Shown here piece after piece: positions 10,511 through 22,332 of a stretch of 52,290 nt of DNA. The notes beneath the pieces were generated by a model. That model saw only the letters and a list, made by a program, of their open reading frames with translations, was not told the DNA's origin and did not search any database. Source of the stretch: Candidatus Fonsibacter lacus. GTDB lineage: Bacteria > Pseudomonadota > Alphaproteobacteria > Pelagibacterales > Pelagibacteraceae. Where the stretch lies: assembly GCA_010021145.1 (NCBI GenBank), contig RGRP01000001.1, positions 1 through 52,290 on the forward strand, given 5' to 3'. Numbering within the stretch: the first letter of the stretch is position 1; every line of letters begins with the position of its first letter. Made by a program: the position numbers and the translations under genes.

Positions 10511-11374
10511 ATGCCTGAATTACCAGAAGTAGAAGTAACTCGAAGAACTTTATTAAAATTTATTGAGAATAAAGTTATTAAAAATATAAAAATAAATAAT
10601 CCTAATTTAAGATTTAAAATTCCTACAAATTTTAAAAAAAATGTTATCGGTCAAAAGATTATTAAAGTTTTAAGAAGATCTAAATATATTCTGATTTATT
10701 TAAAAAACGATTATGTGATGATTGCACATTTAGGAATGTCAGGAAAATTCTTAATTAAAAATAATTATTCTAAAGATTTTTTAAAGACCAGTTATTACTT
10801 TAATGAATTTTCTTTAAAGCATAATCATATAGAGTTTTTCTTTTCTAATAACCTTAAGGTTATTTATAACGATCCTAGAAGATTTGGATTTTTTTTATTA
10901 GATAAAGTTTCTAAATTAGATTTGAATAAGTTTTTAAATAAATTAGGTCCCGAACCACTAGGTAACGACTTAAAAAAAGATTATTTAATGTCGAAGACTA
11001 AAGCAACGCAAAGATCGATTAAGACTTTGTTAATGGATCAGCATTTTATTTCTGGAATTGGAAATATTTATGCAAATGAAATTTTATTTTCAGCTAAGAT
11101 AAAACCTAATAAAATTTCTTCCAAATTAACTTTAGTAGATATTAAGAGGCTTCATTCCTCTATTGGCAAAGTTCTTAAAAGGGCACTAAAATTGGGTGGT
11201 TCAAGCATAAAAGACTTTAAATCTTCAGTAGGTCTAAAAGGTCGCTTTCAAAATGAATTTAAAGTTTATGATAGGAGAGATTTAAAATGTCTAAGGTCAG
11301 GATGCTCTGGCCTAATAGCAAGGGTTGTATCTCAAGGTAGAGCAAGTTTTTTTTGCAACGAATGTCAAAATTAA
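10511..11374 (+). CDS. mutM: Formamidopyrimidine-DNA glycosylase
   Basis: MPELPEVE, HLGMSG, DPRRFG, GIGNIYANE, C-terminal zinc finger. Confidence 0.97.
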   Translation: MPELPEVEVTRRTLLKFIENKVIKNIKINNPNLRFKIPTNFKKNVIGQKIIKVLRRSKYILIYLKNDYVMIAHLGMSGKFLIKNNYSKDFLKTSYYFNEFSLKHNHIEFFFSNNLKVIYNDPRRFGFFLLDKVSKLDLNKFLNKLGPEPLGNDLKKDYLMSKTKATQRSIKTLLMDQHFISGIGNIYANEILFSAKIKPNKISSKLTLVDIKRLHSSIGKVLKRALKLGGSSIKDFKSSVGLKGRFQNEFKVYDRRDLKCLRSGCSGLIARVVSQGRASFFCNECQN

Positions 11375-11378
11375 GTAA

Positions 11379-11409
11379 TTGACCCTAATATCTTCAGCTT
11401 ATATATAAT
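11379..11409 (+). promoter_or_regulatory. Putative sigma70 promoter of rpsT
   Basis: TTGACC-N17-TATATA (overlapping TATAAT at 11404-11409), 11 nt before the rpsT ATG. Confidence 0.55.
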
Positions 11410-11420
11410 CCCCTAAAAAT

Positions 11421-11681
11421 ATGGCAAACACAGTCTCTGCTATTCGCGCAGTAAAAAAAATTAAAAAAAGAACTCAAGTTAATAAAATCAGAGTTGGAAA
11501 ATACAAAGCCGCTGTAAAAATCATTGAAGAAGCAATTAAATCTAAAGATAAAGCAAAAGCATTAAAATTATTTTCTAATTTTCAATCACAGGTTATGAAG
11601 GCTTCTAAAAAAGGTTCTTTAAAAAGAACTACAGTCTCAAGAAAAGTTTCTCGTATCTCAAAACAAATCTCTAAGTTGTAA
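11421..11681 (+). CDS. rpsT: 30S ribosomal protein S20
   Basis: MANT.SA...; basic 86-aa protein ending SRKVSRI; mutM-rpsT-dnaA order. Confidence 0.93.
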   Translation: MANTVSAIRAVKKIKKRTQVNKIRVGKYKAAVKIIEEAIKSKDKAKALKLFSNFQSQVMKASKKGSLKRTTVSRKVSRISKQISKL

Positions 11682-11691
11682 AAAAAATATT

Positions 11692-11775
11692 TTATCAATC
11701 TCTAGTTGATAATTAATTTTTTTTTCAGCAACTAAAAAGTTTAAACTTTCTAGTTGAAAATTAAAAAATATTTAA
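11692..11775. repeat. Clustered direct and inverted repeats upstream of dnaA
   Basis: TTATCAA-N7-TTGATAA (11692-11712); 16-nt direct repeat TCTAGTTGAWAATTAA at 11701 and 11749; 28-nt near-perfect palindrome CAACTAAAAAGTTTAAACTTTCTAGTTG (11729-11756). Confidence 0.7.
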
Positions 11776-11839
11776 TTCTTTTCTTGTATTTACAGATTTA
11801 AAAAAATAAAACACACTTCTTTTTTTAAAATAAGTTCAA

Positions 11840-13234
11840 ATGTCAAACCAAACAAGTCTTAAAGATAATTTTAGTAACGATAAAGCGAGATGGGACTCAT
11901 TACAACAATCTTTGCTGGGACTTTATGGTAAAGATGTTTACACAAGTTGGTTGCAAAATATTAACTTCACTAAAATAAATTTTAATACCTTAGTTTTAAA
12001 CGTAAAAACTAGATTTATTCGTGATTGGATCGTTGCTCATTATGCTGATAAAATCTTGGATTTATATAAGAAACAAGATGCAAATATTAGTCGTATAGAG
12101 TTTCAAATTTCAGAAAGAGTTGAAGCAAAAAGCAATAATAAATCAAACGTAATTGATTTTGAAAAGAAAGATTTAGTTCAAGACAGTGGTAGTTATGGAC
12201 TTTCAAAAATTGATGAAAGATTAATTTTTGATAATTTTATAGTCGGCAAAAGTAACGAACTTGCTTTTACAGCAGCAAATAGAATTATCGATAATTTAAA
12301 TAAATATAACCCACTTTATATTTATGGCGGAGTTGGACTTGGAAAAACTCATCTTTTAAATGCTATTGGAAATAAATTATTAAAAAAAATAGATAAAGTT
12401 ATTTATGTCTCAGCAGAAAGATTTATGTACCAATTTGTTAGGTCTATAAAAAACAATGATGTTGTAAAATTTAAAGATATTTTTAGAAGTGCAAAAGTTT
12501 TAATCATAGATGATATACAATTTGTAAGCGGAAAAGATGTAACCCAAGAAGAATTCTTTCACACATTTAATGCTTTAATAGAATCGGGTTCACAAATAGT
12601 TATTTCTTGTGACAGACCACCAAACGAACTGGATAGAATACAAGATAGAATTAAATCGAGACTATCTGGCGGTCTAGTTGTTGATATTCAAAGTCCAGAT
12701 TTTGAACAAAGAGTTAAAATTTTAAAACAAAGATGTTTAAAAGAATTCCATGCTTCAGAGAGAAACATCGCTATTGATGATGAGGTTATTAATTTTATAG
12801 CTAATGAATTAAAACTTAGCGTAAGGGAGATGATTGGGGCGTTTAATAGAATAGCGGCTTATCTAAATATCAATAATAGAAAGATCTCTGTTGCAGAAGC
12901 TAAGAGTATTTTAAGAGATTCTTTAAATAAAATTGAGACCAATATCACTATTGAAGATATACAAAAAACAGTAGTTTCTTATTATAATATTTCCATGCAT
13001 GATTTTATGTCATCAAGAAGATCAAGATCTGTTGCAAGACCAAGACAAATTGCGATGTATTTATCAAAGAAAATGACTACGAAATCTTTACCTGATATTG
13101 GCAGAAGATTTTCAGGAAGGGACCATACAACTGTTATTCATGCTATTAAAAAAGTAGAAGAGTTAATGATTCAAGATAAAAACTTTGAAAATGAAGTTAA
13201 AGATCTTAATCAAAAATTAACAAAAACTGTTTAA
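11840..13234 (+). CDS. dnaA: Chromosomal replication initiator DnaA
   Basis: NPLYIYGGVGLGKTHLL, IDDIQF, RPRQIAMYL, GRDHTTVIHA. Confidence 0.98.
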   Translation: MSNQTSLKDNFSNDKARWDSLQQSLLGLYGKDVYTSWLQNINFTKINFNTLVLNVKTRFIRDWIVAHYADKILDLYKKQDANISRIEFQISERVEAKSNNKSNVIDFEKKDLVQDSGSYGLSKIDERLIFDNFIVGKSNELAFTAANRIIDNLNKYNPLYIYGGVGLGKTHLLNAIGNKLLKKIDKVIYVSAERFMYQFVRSIKNNDVVKFKDIFRSAKVLIIDDIQFVSGKDVTQEEFFHTFNALIESGSQIVISCDRPPNELDRIQDRIKSRLSGGLVVDIQSPDFEQRVKILKQRCLKEFHASERNIAIDDEVINFIANELKLSVREMIGAFNRIAAYLNINNRKISVAEAKSILRDSLNKIETNITIEDIQKTVVSYYNISMHDFMSSRRSRSVARPRQIAMYLSKKMTTKSLPDIGRRFSGRDHTTVIHAIKKVEELMIQDKNFENEVKDLNQKLTKTV

Positions 13235-14349
13235 TGGAACTAAAGTTAAATAGAGATCTTTTTCTTAAAAGTCTTTCGCATATTCAGGGAATAGTTGAGA
13301 AAAAAAATACTATTCCAATATTAGCTAATGTTTTATTAGATGCTTCCAATGGTAAAATTACAATTTCTGCTACAGATTTAGACATTATTATTATTGAAGT
13401 TATTAAGGGTGAAATTATTAAAGAAGGATCAACAACTACAACGGCTCAAGTCATTTATGATTTAGTAAGAAAATTACCATCAGGCTCTGAAATATTAATT
13501 TCTCAAAAGACAGATGGTCAACTTTCTTTGATTTCAGCAAAATCAAATTTTAATTTAAAGTGTTTACCACCGAAAGATTTTCCAATTACACAAGATGATG
13601 TTGAAGGAGAAGCTCTTGCAATTAGCTCATCCGTATTTTTAAAATTACTTAATAAGACTAAATTTGCAATTTCAAACGATGAAACTCGACATTATTTAAA
13701 TGGAATTTATCTGCATAAAACAAATGAGAATAATCAATTATATCTTTCAGCTGTTGCAACTGACGGCCATAGATTATCAAAAAGCAGACTAGTATTAGAT
13801 AAAGATGTGGCTTTTGAAGCTGTAATTCTACCTAAAAAAACATTGTTTGAACTGGTTACTATACTTCAAGAAGAGAATTCAGAACTTAAGATCACGGCAA
13901 GCAAAACTAAAATTAGATTTTCAATAAATGATATAACTTTAATTTCTAAAGTTATTGATGGAAGATTCCCGGATTATTCAAAAGTAATACCAACAGATAA
14001 TAGCAACAAAATAGAAGTTAATTTATCATCATTTATCTCCACAATTGATAGGATTAACTCATTGTCATCTGACCGTAAGGGAACATTAAAACTTGTAGTG
14101 AACAAAGATATTTTAAAATTATTAGTTAATGATCCTAGCGCAGGAGATGGTGTTGAAGAGATTATTCTAAGTTATAGTGGTCCAGATTTAGAAATTGGTT
14201 TTAATTCTAAATATTTAATTGATGTTGGCGGAGTTATAGAAGATAAAAATATGATGATTTATGCTAAAGATCCATCTTCTCCAGTGTTAATTCACGATCC
14301 TGCAGATATTAATAGTCTACATGTTATTATGCCAATGAGAGTGGCATGA
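13234..14349 (+). CDS. dnaN: DNA polymerase III beta sliding clamp
   Basis: TIPILAN, ATDLD, ETRHYLNG, ATDGHRL, GRFPDY, GFNSKYL, MPMR; TAATG overlap with dnaA. Confidence 0.98.
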   Translation: MELKLNRDLFLKSLSHIQGIVEKKNTIPILANVLLDASNGKITISATDLDIIIIEVIKGEIIKEGSTTTTAQVIYDLVRKLPSGSEILISQKTDGQLSLISAKSNFNLKCLPPKDFPITQDDVEGEALAISSSVFLKLLNKTKFAISNDETRHYLNGIYLHKTNENNQLYLSAVATDGHRLSKSRLVLDKDVAFEAVILPKKTLFELVTILQEENSELKITASKTKIRFSINDITLISKVIDGRFPDYSKVIPTDNSNKIEVNLSSFISTIDRINSLSSDRKGTLKLVVNKDILKLLVNDPSAGDGVEEIILSYSGPDLEIGFNSKYLIDVGGVIEDKNMMIYAKDPSSPVLIHDPADINSLHVIMPMRVA

Positions 14350-14353
14350 TTAA

Positions 14354-15433
14354 ATGTTACTAATTAAAGATATAAAATTACAAAATTTTAGATCTCATTC
14401 TTTTATCGAACTAAAAACTAATCGACCAATTATTTGCATTATTGGTCCAAATGGTAGTGGAAAAACAAACGTTTTAGAAGCTATATCACTTATTGCAGAT
14501 AAAAAAGGAATTAGAGGGGCGTTAATAGAAGACTGCATTAAAAAAAACTCAAAAGATAAAACAATTATTTCAACAACAATTAGTTATGAAAAAAAAGATT
14601 ACAAGGTTGATGTAATTTTTGATTCAAAAGAAGATAAAATAAAAAAATATTTAAATATAGAAAATAACAAAGCATCCTTGGCTGAAGTCTTCAAAGACAT
14701 AAATTTTATTTGGCTAACCCCACAAATGGATAAAATTATGTACGAGGGAGATAGTATTAAAAGAAAATTTTTGGATAAAATTATTTCTAATTATAATTTA
14801 GGTTATAAAAAAAATTTAAATAATTTTAAAAAACTTTCAGAAGAAAGAATTCAATTATTAAAAGAAAATAAAGATTTACAATGGTTAAATATTCTTGAAA
14901 AGAAAATGATAGATGAATTATGGAACATTTTTATTTATAGAAGATCTTTTATTAGAGATATTAATAATGTTATTTCAAATAAATTAAATAATTTTTTAAA
15001 GATTAAATTAAATATTAAAAACTCTTACGACTTGGCCCCGAATATTAATGAAAAAGAATTCTATGAATTTTTTAAAAAAAAATATTTTGAAAAACGTGAA
15101 ATAGATCAAATAATAAAAAGAAATAGTGTTGGTCCACAATTTGATATTTTTGAATTTTTTAATGAAGAAACTAAATTAAATTCTGATCTTTGTTCTACGG
15201 GTGAGCAAAAAAAAATATTAATATCATTAATTTTGTCATTTATTCTGCTAATGAAATCTAAAAATATAAATTCAATACTTTTGTTTGATGAAATTGCATC
15301 TCATATAGATGGTAAAAATCTCGAACTTTTTTTCGATGAAATTGCAAAAATTGGGATGCAAACTTGGTACACGGGAAATAACATACAATCGTTCCAAACT
15401 ATTGAAAATAAAGCATTTTTTGTAAAATTATAG
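14354..15433 (+). CDS. recF: DNA replication/repair protein RecF (divergent, very AT-rich)
   Basis: NFRS, GPNGSGKTNVLEAIS, STGEQK signature, LLFDE Walker B; between dnaN and gyrB. Confidence 0.9.
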   Translation: MLLIKDIKLQNFRSHSFIELKTNRPIICIIGPNGSGKTNVLEAISLIADKKGIRGALIEDCIKKNSKDKTIISTTISYEKKDYKVDVIFDSKEDKIKKYLNIENNKASLAEVFKDINFIWLTPQMDKIMYEGDSIKRKFLDKIISNYNLGYKKNLNNFKKLSEERIQLLKENKDLQWLNILEKKMIDELWNIFIYRRSFIRDINNVISNKLNNFLKIKLNIKNSYDLAPNINEKEFYEFFKKKYFEKREIDQIIKRNSVGPQFDIFEFFNEETKLNSDLCSTGEQKKILISLILSFILLMKSKNINSILLFDEIASHIDGKNLELFFDEIAKIGMQTWYTGNNIQSFQTIENKAFFVKL

Positions 15434-15450
15434 CAATTACCTTGTCCTAA

Positions 15451-18048
<2,598 letters not shown>

Positions 18049-18052
18049 TTTA

Positions 18053-19345
18053 ATGAATTTAGCAAAATCACCAGAGCTAAATGATAATCAGATAAAACTT
18101 CTAACACTTATTAATATTCGCTGGGTCGCAATTCTCGGTCAGTTTGCGACGATATCTATTGTATATTTTTACTTTAATTTTAATTTTAATATTAAGTATT
18201 GTTATTTATTAGTTTTATTTTCTTCTTTTCTTAATATTTTTCTTCAAATTAGATCAAAAAAAACTGATCTATTATCTAATAAACAAGCCACTTTTAGTAT
18301 CCTATACGATTTATTTCAGCTATTTGGATTATTATTCTTAACTGGAGGGTTAACGAACCCTTTCTCAATATTAATTGTCGCTCCAATTACAATTGCTGCA
18401 GGATTTTTAAATTTAAGAAGTAGTATTCTGATTGGGTTTTTATCAATAGTATTAATTATTATCTTATCATTTTTTTATTTTGAATTGCCAGGTCTTGAAA
18501 ATAATTACTATTTTCCAAAGTTTTATATTTTAGGATTAGCATTAGCATTGTGCACAGCGATAATATTTTTAGCCATTTATTCACAACGATTAGCAATAGA
18601 GAGTGCACAAAGAAATGAAGCCTTTAATGTTTTACAACAAATTTTTTTAAGAGAGCAGGAATTAAAGTCTCTAGGAGGACTTGCAGCAGCAGCAGCGCAT
18701 GAATTAGGAACGCCCTTAAATACAATATCTTTAGTTGCTAAAGAGTTAAAAAAAGAATTAGGATCTAATAAAAAAATTAACCAAGATTTAGATTTACTTA
18801 TTTCTCAATCCAAAAGATGTAGCGAAATATTAAAACAAATATCAAAAAATCCCTATACAGAAAAGGAGGATAAGTTTTTTGATAAAGCATCTTTTAAAAT
18901 TATTGTTCATGAGATTATTGACTCATTTAAAGATTTGAGTAAAAAAAAAATAATTATCAACGAAGATGATTATAAAAAAGATTATCTAATCACAAAAAAA
19001 ATCGAAATTATTTACAGTCTTAAAAATATTATTGATAATGCTTTAAAGTTTTCATCAAATAAAACTGAGATTTTTTTGTTATCTAATGAAGATGAATTAA
19101 GAATAAAAGTGGTAGATGATGGGGTAGGTTTTTCAAATCAAATATTAGGATTTTTAGGCGATCCTTATATTAAAAAAAAGGATTTAGATAATAATAAAGA
19201 AGGTTTGGGTCTTGGTATTTTTATAGCAAAAGTTTTTTTAGAAAGACTGTCTGCTATCATTGATTTTTACAATTTAGAAGATAAAGGCGCCGTTGTTGAT
19301 ATCTTTTGGCAGAAAAAAGATTTAATTAATTTAAAACTTATATAG
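18053..19345 (+). CDS. regB: Redox-sensing histidine kinase RegB/PrrB/ActS
   Basis: About 6 TM helices, quinone-binding GGLTNPF, H-box AAAAHELGTPL, redox Cys in KRCSEIL, GLGLGIFIA. Confidence 0.93.
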   Translation: MNLAKSPELNDNQIKLLTLINIRWVAILGQFATISIVYFYFNFNFNIKYCYLLVLFSSFLNIFLQIRSKKTDLLSNKQATFSILYDLFQLFGLLFLTGGLTNPFSILIVAPITIAAGFLNLRSSILIGFLSIVLIIILSFFYFELPGLENNYYFPKFYILGLALALCTAIIFLAIYSQRLAIESAQRNEAFNVLQQIFLREQELKSLGGLAAAAAHELGTPLNTISLVAKELKKELGSNKKINQDLDLLISQSKRCSEILKQISKNPYTEKEDKFFDKASFKIIVHEIIDSFKDLSKKKIIINEDDYKKDYLITKKIEIIYSLKNIIDNALKFSSNKTEIFLLSNEDELRIKVVDDGVGFSNQILGFLGDPYIKKKDLDNNKEGLGLGIFIAKVFLERLSAIIDFYNLEDKGAVVDIFWQKKDLINLKLI

Positions 19346-20408
19346 CTGGCTCTTGTTGTGTCATACAATGAATTGCTCCAAATCCCCAAATAAGATCACG
19401 ACAATTAATTGGAACAATTTTTCTGTCTTTAAAATGCTTTTCTAAAATTTGAAAAGCTATATCATCATTTTTATCTTCAAAGATTGGAAGTAAAACAATT
19501 TTATTTGCTATATAAAAATTTAAATAACTGGCCGGGACTCTAGTATCATCAATAATGAGTGGGGAAGGCATTGGAATTTCTACGATGGTATTTTGTTTAC
19601 CTAAGTGATTTCTAGATTTTTTTAAGATTTTTAAATTTTCATTTAATGCTGAGAAATTTTCATCATTTTTTTGATATTCGATTGCCGTAAATATTTTATC
19701 ATCATCAAAAAATCTTGTGATGTCATCAATATGACCGTGTGTATCATCGCCAACTATACCTTTATTAAGCCAAATAAAATTTTTGACATTTAAACTTTCG
19801 CTTAAAATTATTTCTAATTTTTCCCTACTTAATCCAGGATTTCTTTCTTGAACTTTGCTTAATAAACATTCTTTTGTAGCGATTAAAGTTCCTTTTCCAT
19901 TTACATCAATTGCACCACCTTCCAATATAACATCTTTAATTTTATTTTTAATTTTTGCTTTTACATCTATTATTTCTATATTTTTGATTTTTGCTATTTT
20001 TGGCTTAATAGCATTATCAAAATTATAATCTTTATATTTCGCCCACGCATTGAAATGAAAGTTAGTCATGATCTTTTTTTTCAAAAGATCATTTACTAGA
20101 AAAATAGGTCCAGTATCTCTGGTCCAAACTCGATTTGTTTTAATAATATGAAAATTAACCCTTTTAAGGTTTGTTTTTTCTTTAATTAAAATTTTTTTAA
20201 TATTTGTTTTAGCTGATTTTGATTGAATTAAAATATCAACATTTTGAACTTTTGATAATGCTGAAGTTATTTTAGCAAAAGTTGATGGGATATTTTCAAA
20301 TTTATCTGGCCAGTCATTTTTATTGTGGGGCCATGCTAACCATGTAGAGCTTTGCTTTTCCCACTCTGCTGGCATTCTATAACCTAAAGATGCCAGATTT
20401 TCATTCAT
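19338..20408 (-). CDS. aguA: Agmatine deiminase family protein
   Basis: RMPAEWE, WTRD, EGGAIDVNG, DTHGHID, GAIHCMTQQ (catalytic Cys). Confidence 0.92.
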   Translation of the reverse strand: MNENLASLGYRMPAEWEKQSSTWLAWPHNKNDWPDKFENIPSTFAKITSALSKVQNVDILIQSKSAKTNIKKILIKEKTNLKRVNFHIIKTNRVWTRDTGPIFLVNDLLKKKIMTNFHFNAWAKYKDYNFDNAIKPKIAKIKNIEIIDVKAKIKNKIKDVILEGGAIDVNGKGTLIATKECLLSKVQERNPGLSREKLEIILSESLNVKNFIWLNKGIVGDDTHGHIDDITRFFDDDKIFTAIEYQKNDENFSALNENLKILKKSRNHLGKQNTIVEIPMPSPLIIDDTRVPASYLNFYIANKIVLLPIFEDKNDDIAFQILEKHFKDRKIVPINCRDLIWGFGAIHCMTQQEPAI

Positions 20409-21282
20409 CGGAAGGATTTTTTAATAAACCATGGTATTGGTCTATTCTTCTGTCTCTTAGGAATGGCCAGTGTTGTCTGACTTTCTCAACTTTGCTTATA
20501 TCAATATTGCAAACAATAACTTCCTCTTTGTCATTGCTGGCTTCTGCAATAATGTTTCCGTTCGGGTCAAACACAATTGAATTACCCCAGAATTCGATAG
20601 ATTTTTCTTTTTTACCTTCAATGCCCACTCTATTAACAGAAACAACATATACTCCATTTGCTATTGCGTGTGATCTTTGAATTGTAAGCCATGCATTTAA
20701 TTGTGATTTACCAAATTCTTTTTTCTCACGTAAATGCCAGCCTATCGCTGTTGGATAAAATATGATTTCCGCACCTTTTAAAGCCGTTAAACGTGCTGCC
20801 TCCGGAAACCATTGATCCCAGCATATTAATGTTCCAATCTTACCGTGGTTAGTGTTAAAGCTTTTAAAACCTAAATCACCTGGAGTGAAATAAAACTTTT
20901 CATAATACTGAGGATCATCAGGAATGTGCATTTTTCGATAATGACCAAAGATCTTTCCTTTTTCATTAATCACCACGCATGAGTTATGATACAGGCCTGC
21001 AATTTTCTTTTCAAAAAGTGGAACAATTATTATTACGCTTATTTTTTTTGCTAAATCACATAATGCATCAGTAGTCTTTCCGGGTATTTTTTCTGCTATT
21101 GCAAAGTTATCGTGATTTTCTTCTTGGCAAAAATAGTGCGTTAAAAATAGCTCGGGCAAACAAACAATTTGTGCCCCCTTTTTTTTCGCTAATTTTATTT
21201 TTTCAATAGCTTTAGATAGATTTTTTTTAGGATCAGCGTCCATCTTCATCTGCACCAAAGCTACTTTAGTTAGTGAAGACAT
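20401..21282 (-). CDS. aguB: N-carbamoylputrescine amidase (carbon-nitrogen hydrolase)
   Basis: Nitrilase E-K-C triad: LPELF, YRKMHIPDDPQYYEKFYF, ICWDQWFPE; overlaps aguA. Confidence 0.9.
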   Translation of the reverse strand: MSSLTKVALVQMKMDADPKKNLSKAIEKIKLAKKKGAQIVCLPELFLTHYFCQEENHDNFAIAEKIPGKTTDALCDLAKKISVIIIVPLFEKKIAGLYHNSCVVINEKGKIFGHYRKMHIPDDPQYYEKFYFTPGDLGFKSFNTNHGKIGTLICWDQWFPEAARLTALKGAEIIFYPTAIGWHLREKKEFGKSQLNAWLTIQRSHAIANGVYVVSVNRVGIEGKKEKSIEFWGNSIVFDPNGNIIAEASNDKEEVIVCNIDISKVEKVRQHWPFLRDRRIDQYHGLLKNPSDE

Positions 21283-21285
21283 TTT

Positions 21286-22332
21286 TTATTTAAATAATTT
21301 AGAAAAACTCCTTTTAGGTCTATTTTTCCAGTAGCCTCTATGAAATGCATCGCTCGCTATAAGAGGGATAACGCTTGTTGCTTCAGCAAAAACCATTTGT
21401 TCTCTTGCTGTATCTACTTTCCCCCATGAGCTTGCTTCTTTTAATGTAGAAGAACTGCATGCTCCATCTCTAACGTCAGCAACAGTAATTTGTATAGCGT
21501 ATTTATGCATATCAACTTCTTTTCCTAAAAGTTCAGCACATATAACTGTGTCCTGAATATAGTTTTTAGGAACACCTCCACCGATCATTAATAAACCCGA
21601 AGTTTTTGATTTAATTTTAATTTCAGTAAGTTCTCTAAAATCTCTTACAGAGTCAATTGTTAAATGTTTTTTTGGATTTCTTTCTTGGTGCATTACTAAA
21701 CCAAATCCAGCGCTAGAATCTGTAAAAGCAGGACAGAATATTGGCACATCATTTTCATAAGCAAGTTGGATTAAAGATTCTTTCTTCTTTGAATGTTTTG
21801 TTAAATATTTTCCCATTTCTTTTATGAATTCACGAGAAGTATAAGGTCTAGGTTCTAATTGATCTGCTATTTCGCCAACTGTTTTATCACAAGCTTGTAG
21901 TTGGTCTTCATCAATATAGGTATCGTATATTCTATCGATATAGTGCTCTCTTAATACATTGTCATTTTGAAATTGGGATCCTTGATAGTGTTTAAAACCT
22001 AGAGCTTCAAAGAAATCCATATCAACAATAGATGCTCCTGTTGAAACGATAGCATCAACCATGTTGTTTTTTACTAGATCAGCATAAACTTTCATACATC
22101 CTGCAGCAGAAGTTGATCCTGCTAAAGTTAAGAAAATAGTGCAGTTTTTATCATTTAACATTTCGTTATAGATTTGTGCTGCGTTAGCCGTTTCTCTAGA
22201 TGTAAAGGACATTTTAGACATGCCATCTATGATGGGTCTTGCATCAAAAGATGTAATATCTATGTGCTCTATGGCTTTGTTTAAAAAGCTAGATTTGTTG
22301 TGACCTATAGTTGGATTTGAGGATTTGCTCAT
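21286..22332 (-). CDS. Deoxyhypusine synthase-like protein (SpeY-type aminobutyltransferase)
   Basis: IDRIYD, PAFTDSSAG, IGGGVPKN, DGACSSSTLKEASSWGK with the catalytic Lys of the DHS SWGK motif. Confidence 0.9.
   Translation of the reverse strand: MSKSSNPTIGHNKSSFLNKAIEHIDITSFDARPIIDGMSKMSFTSRETANAAQIYNEMLNDKNCTIFLTLAGSTSAAGCMKVYADLVKNNMVDAIVSTGASIVDMDFFEALGFKHYQGSQFQNDNVLREHYIDRIYDTYIDEDQLQACDKTVGEIADQLEPRPYTSREFIKEMGKYLTKHSKKKESLIQLAYENDVPIFCPAFTDSSAGFGLVMHQERNPKKHLTIDSVRDFRELTEIKIKSKTSGLLMIGGGVPKNYIQDTVICAELLGKEVDMHKYAIQITVADVRDGACSSSTLKEASSWGKVDTAREQMVFAEATSVIPLIASDAFHRGYWKNRPKRSFSKLFK

Noticed and set aside
11729-11756. 28-nt palindrome with 11-6-11 geometry read as a tyrosine-recombinase site
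   Set aside because: Arms do not resemble XerC/XerD sites and there is no integrase in the window; kept only as part of the dnaA upstream repeat finding.
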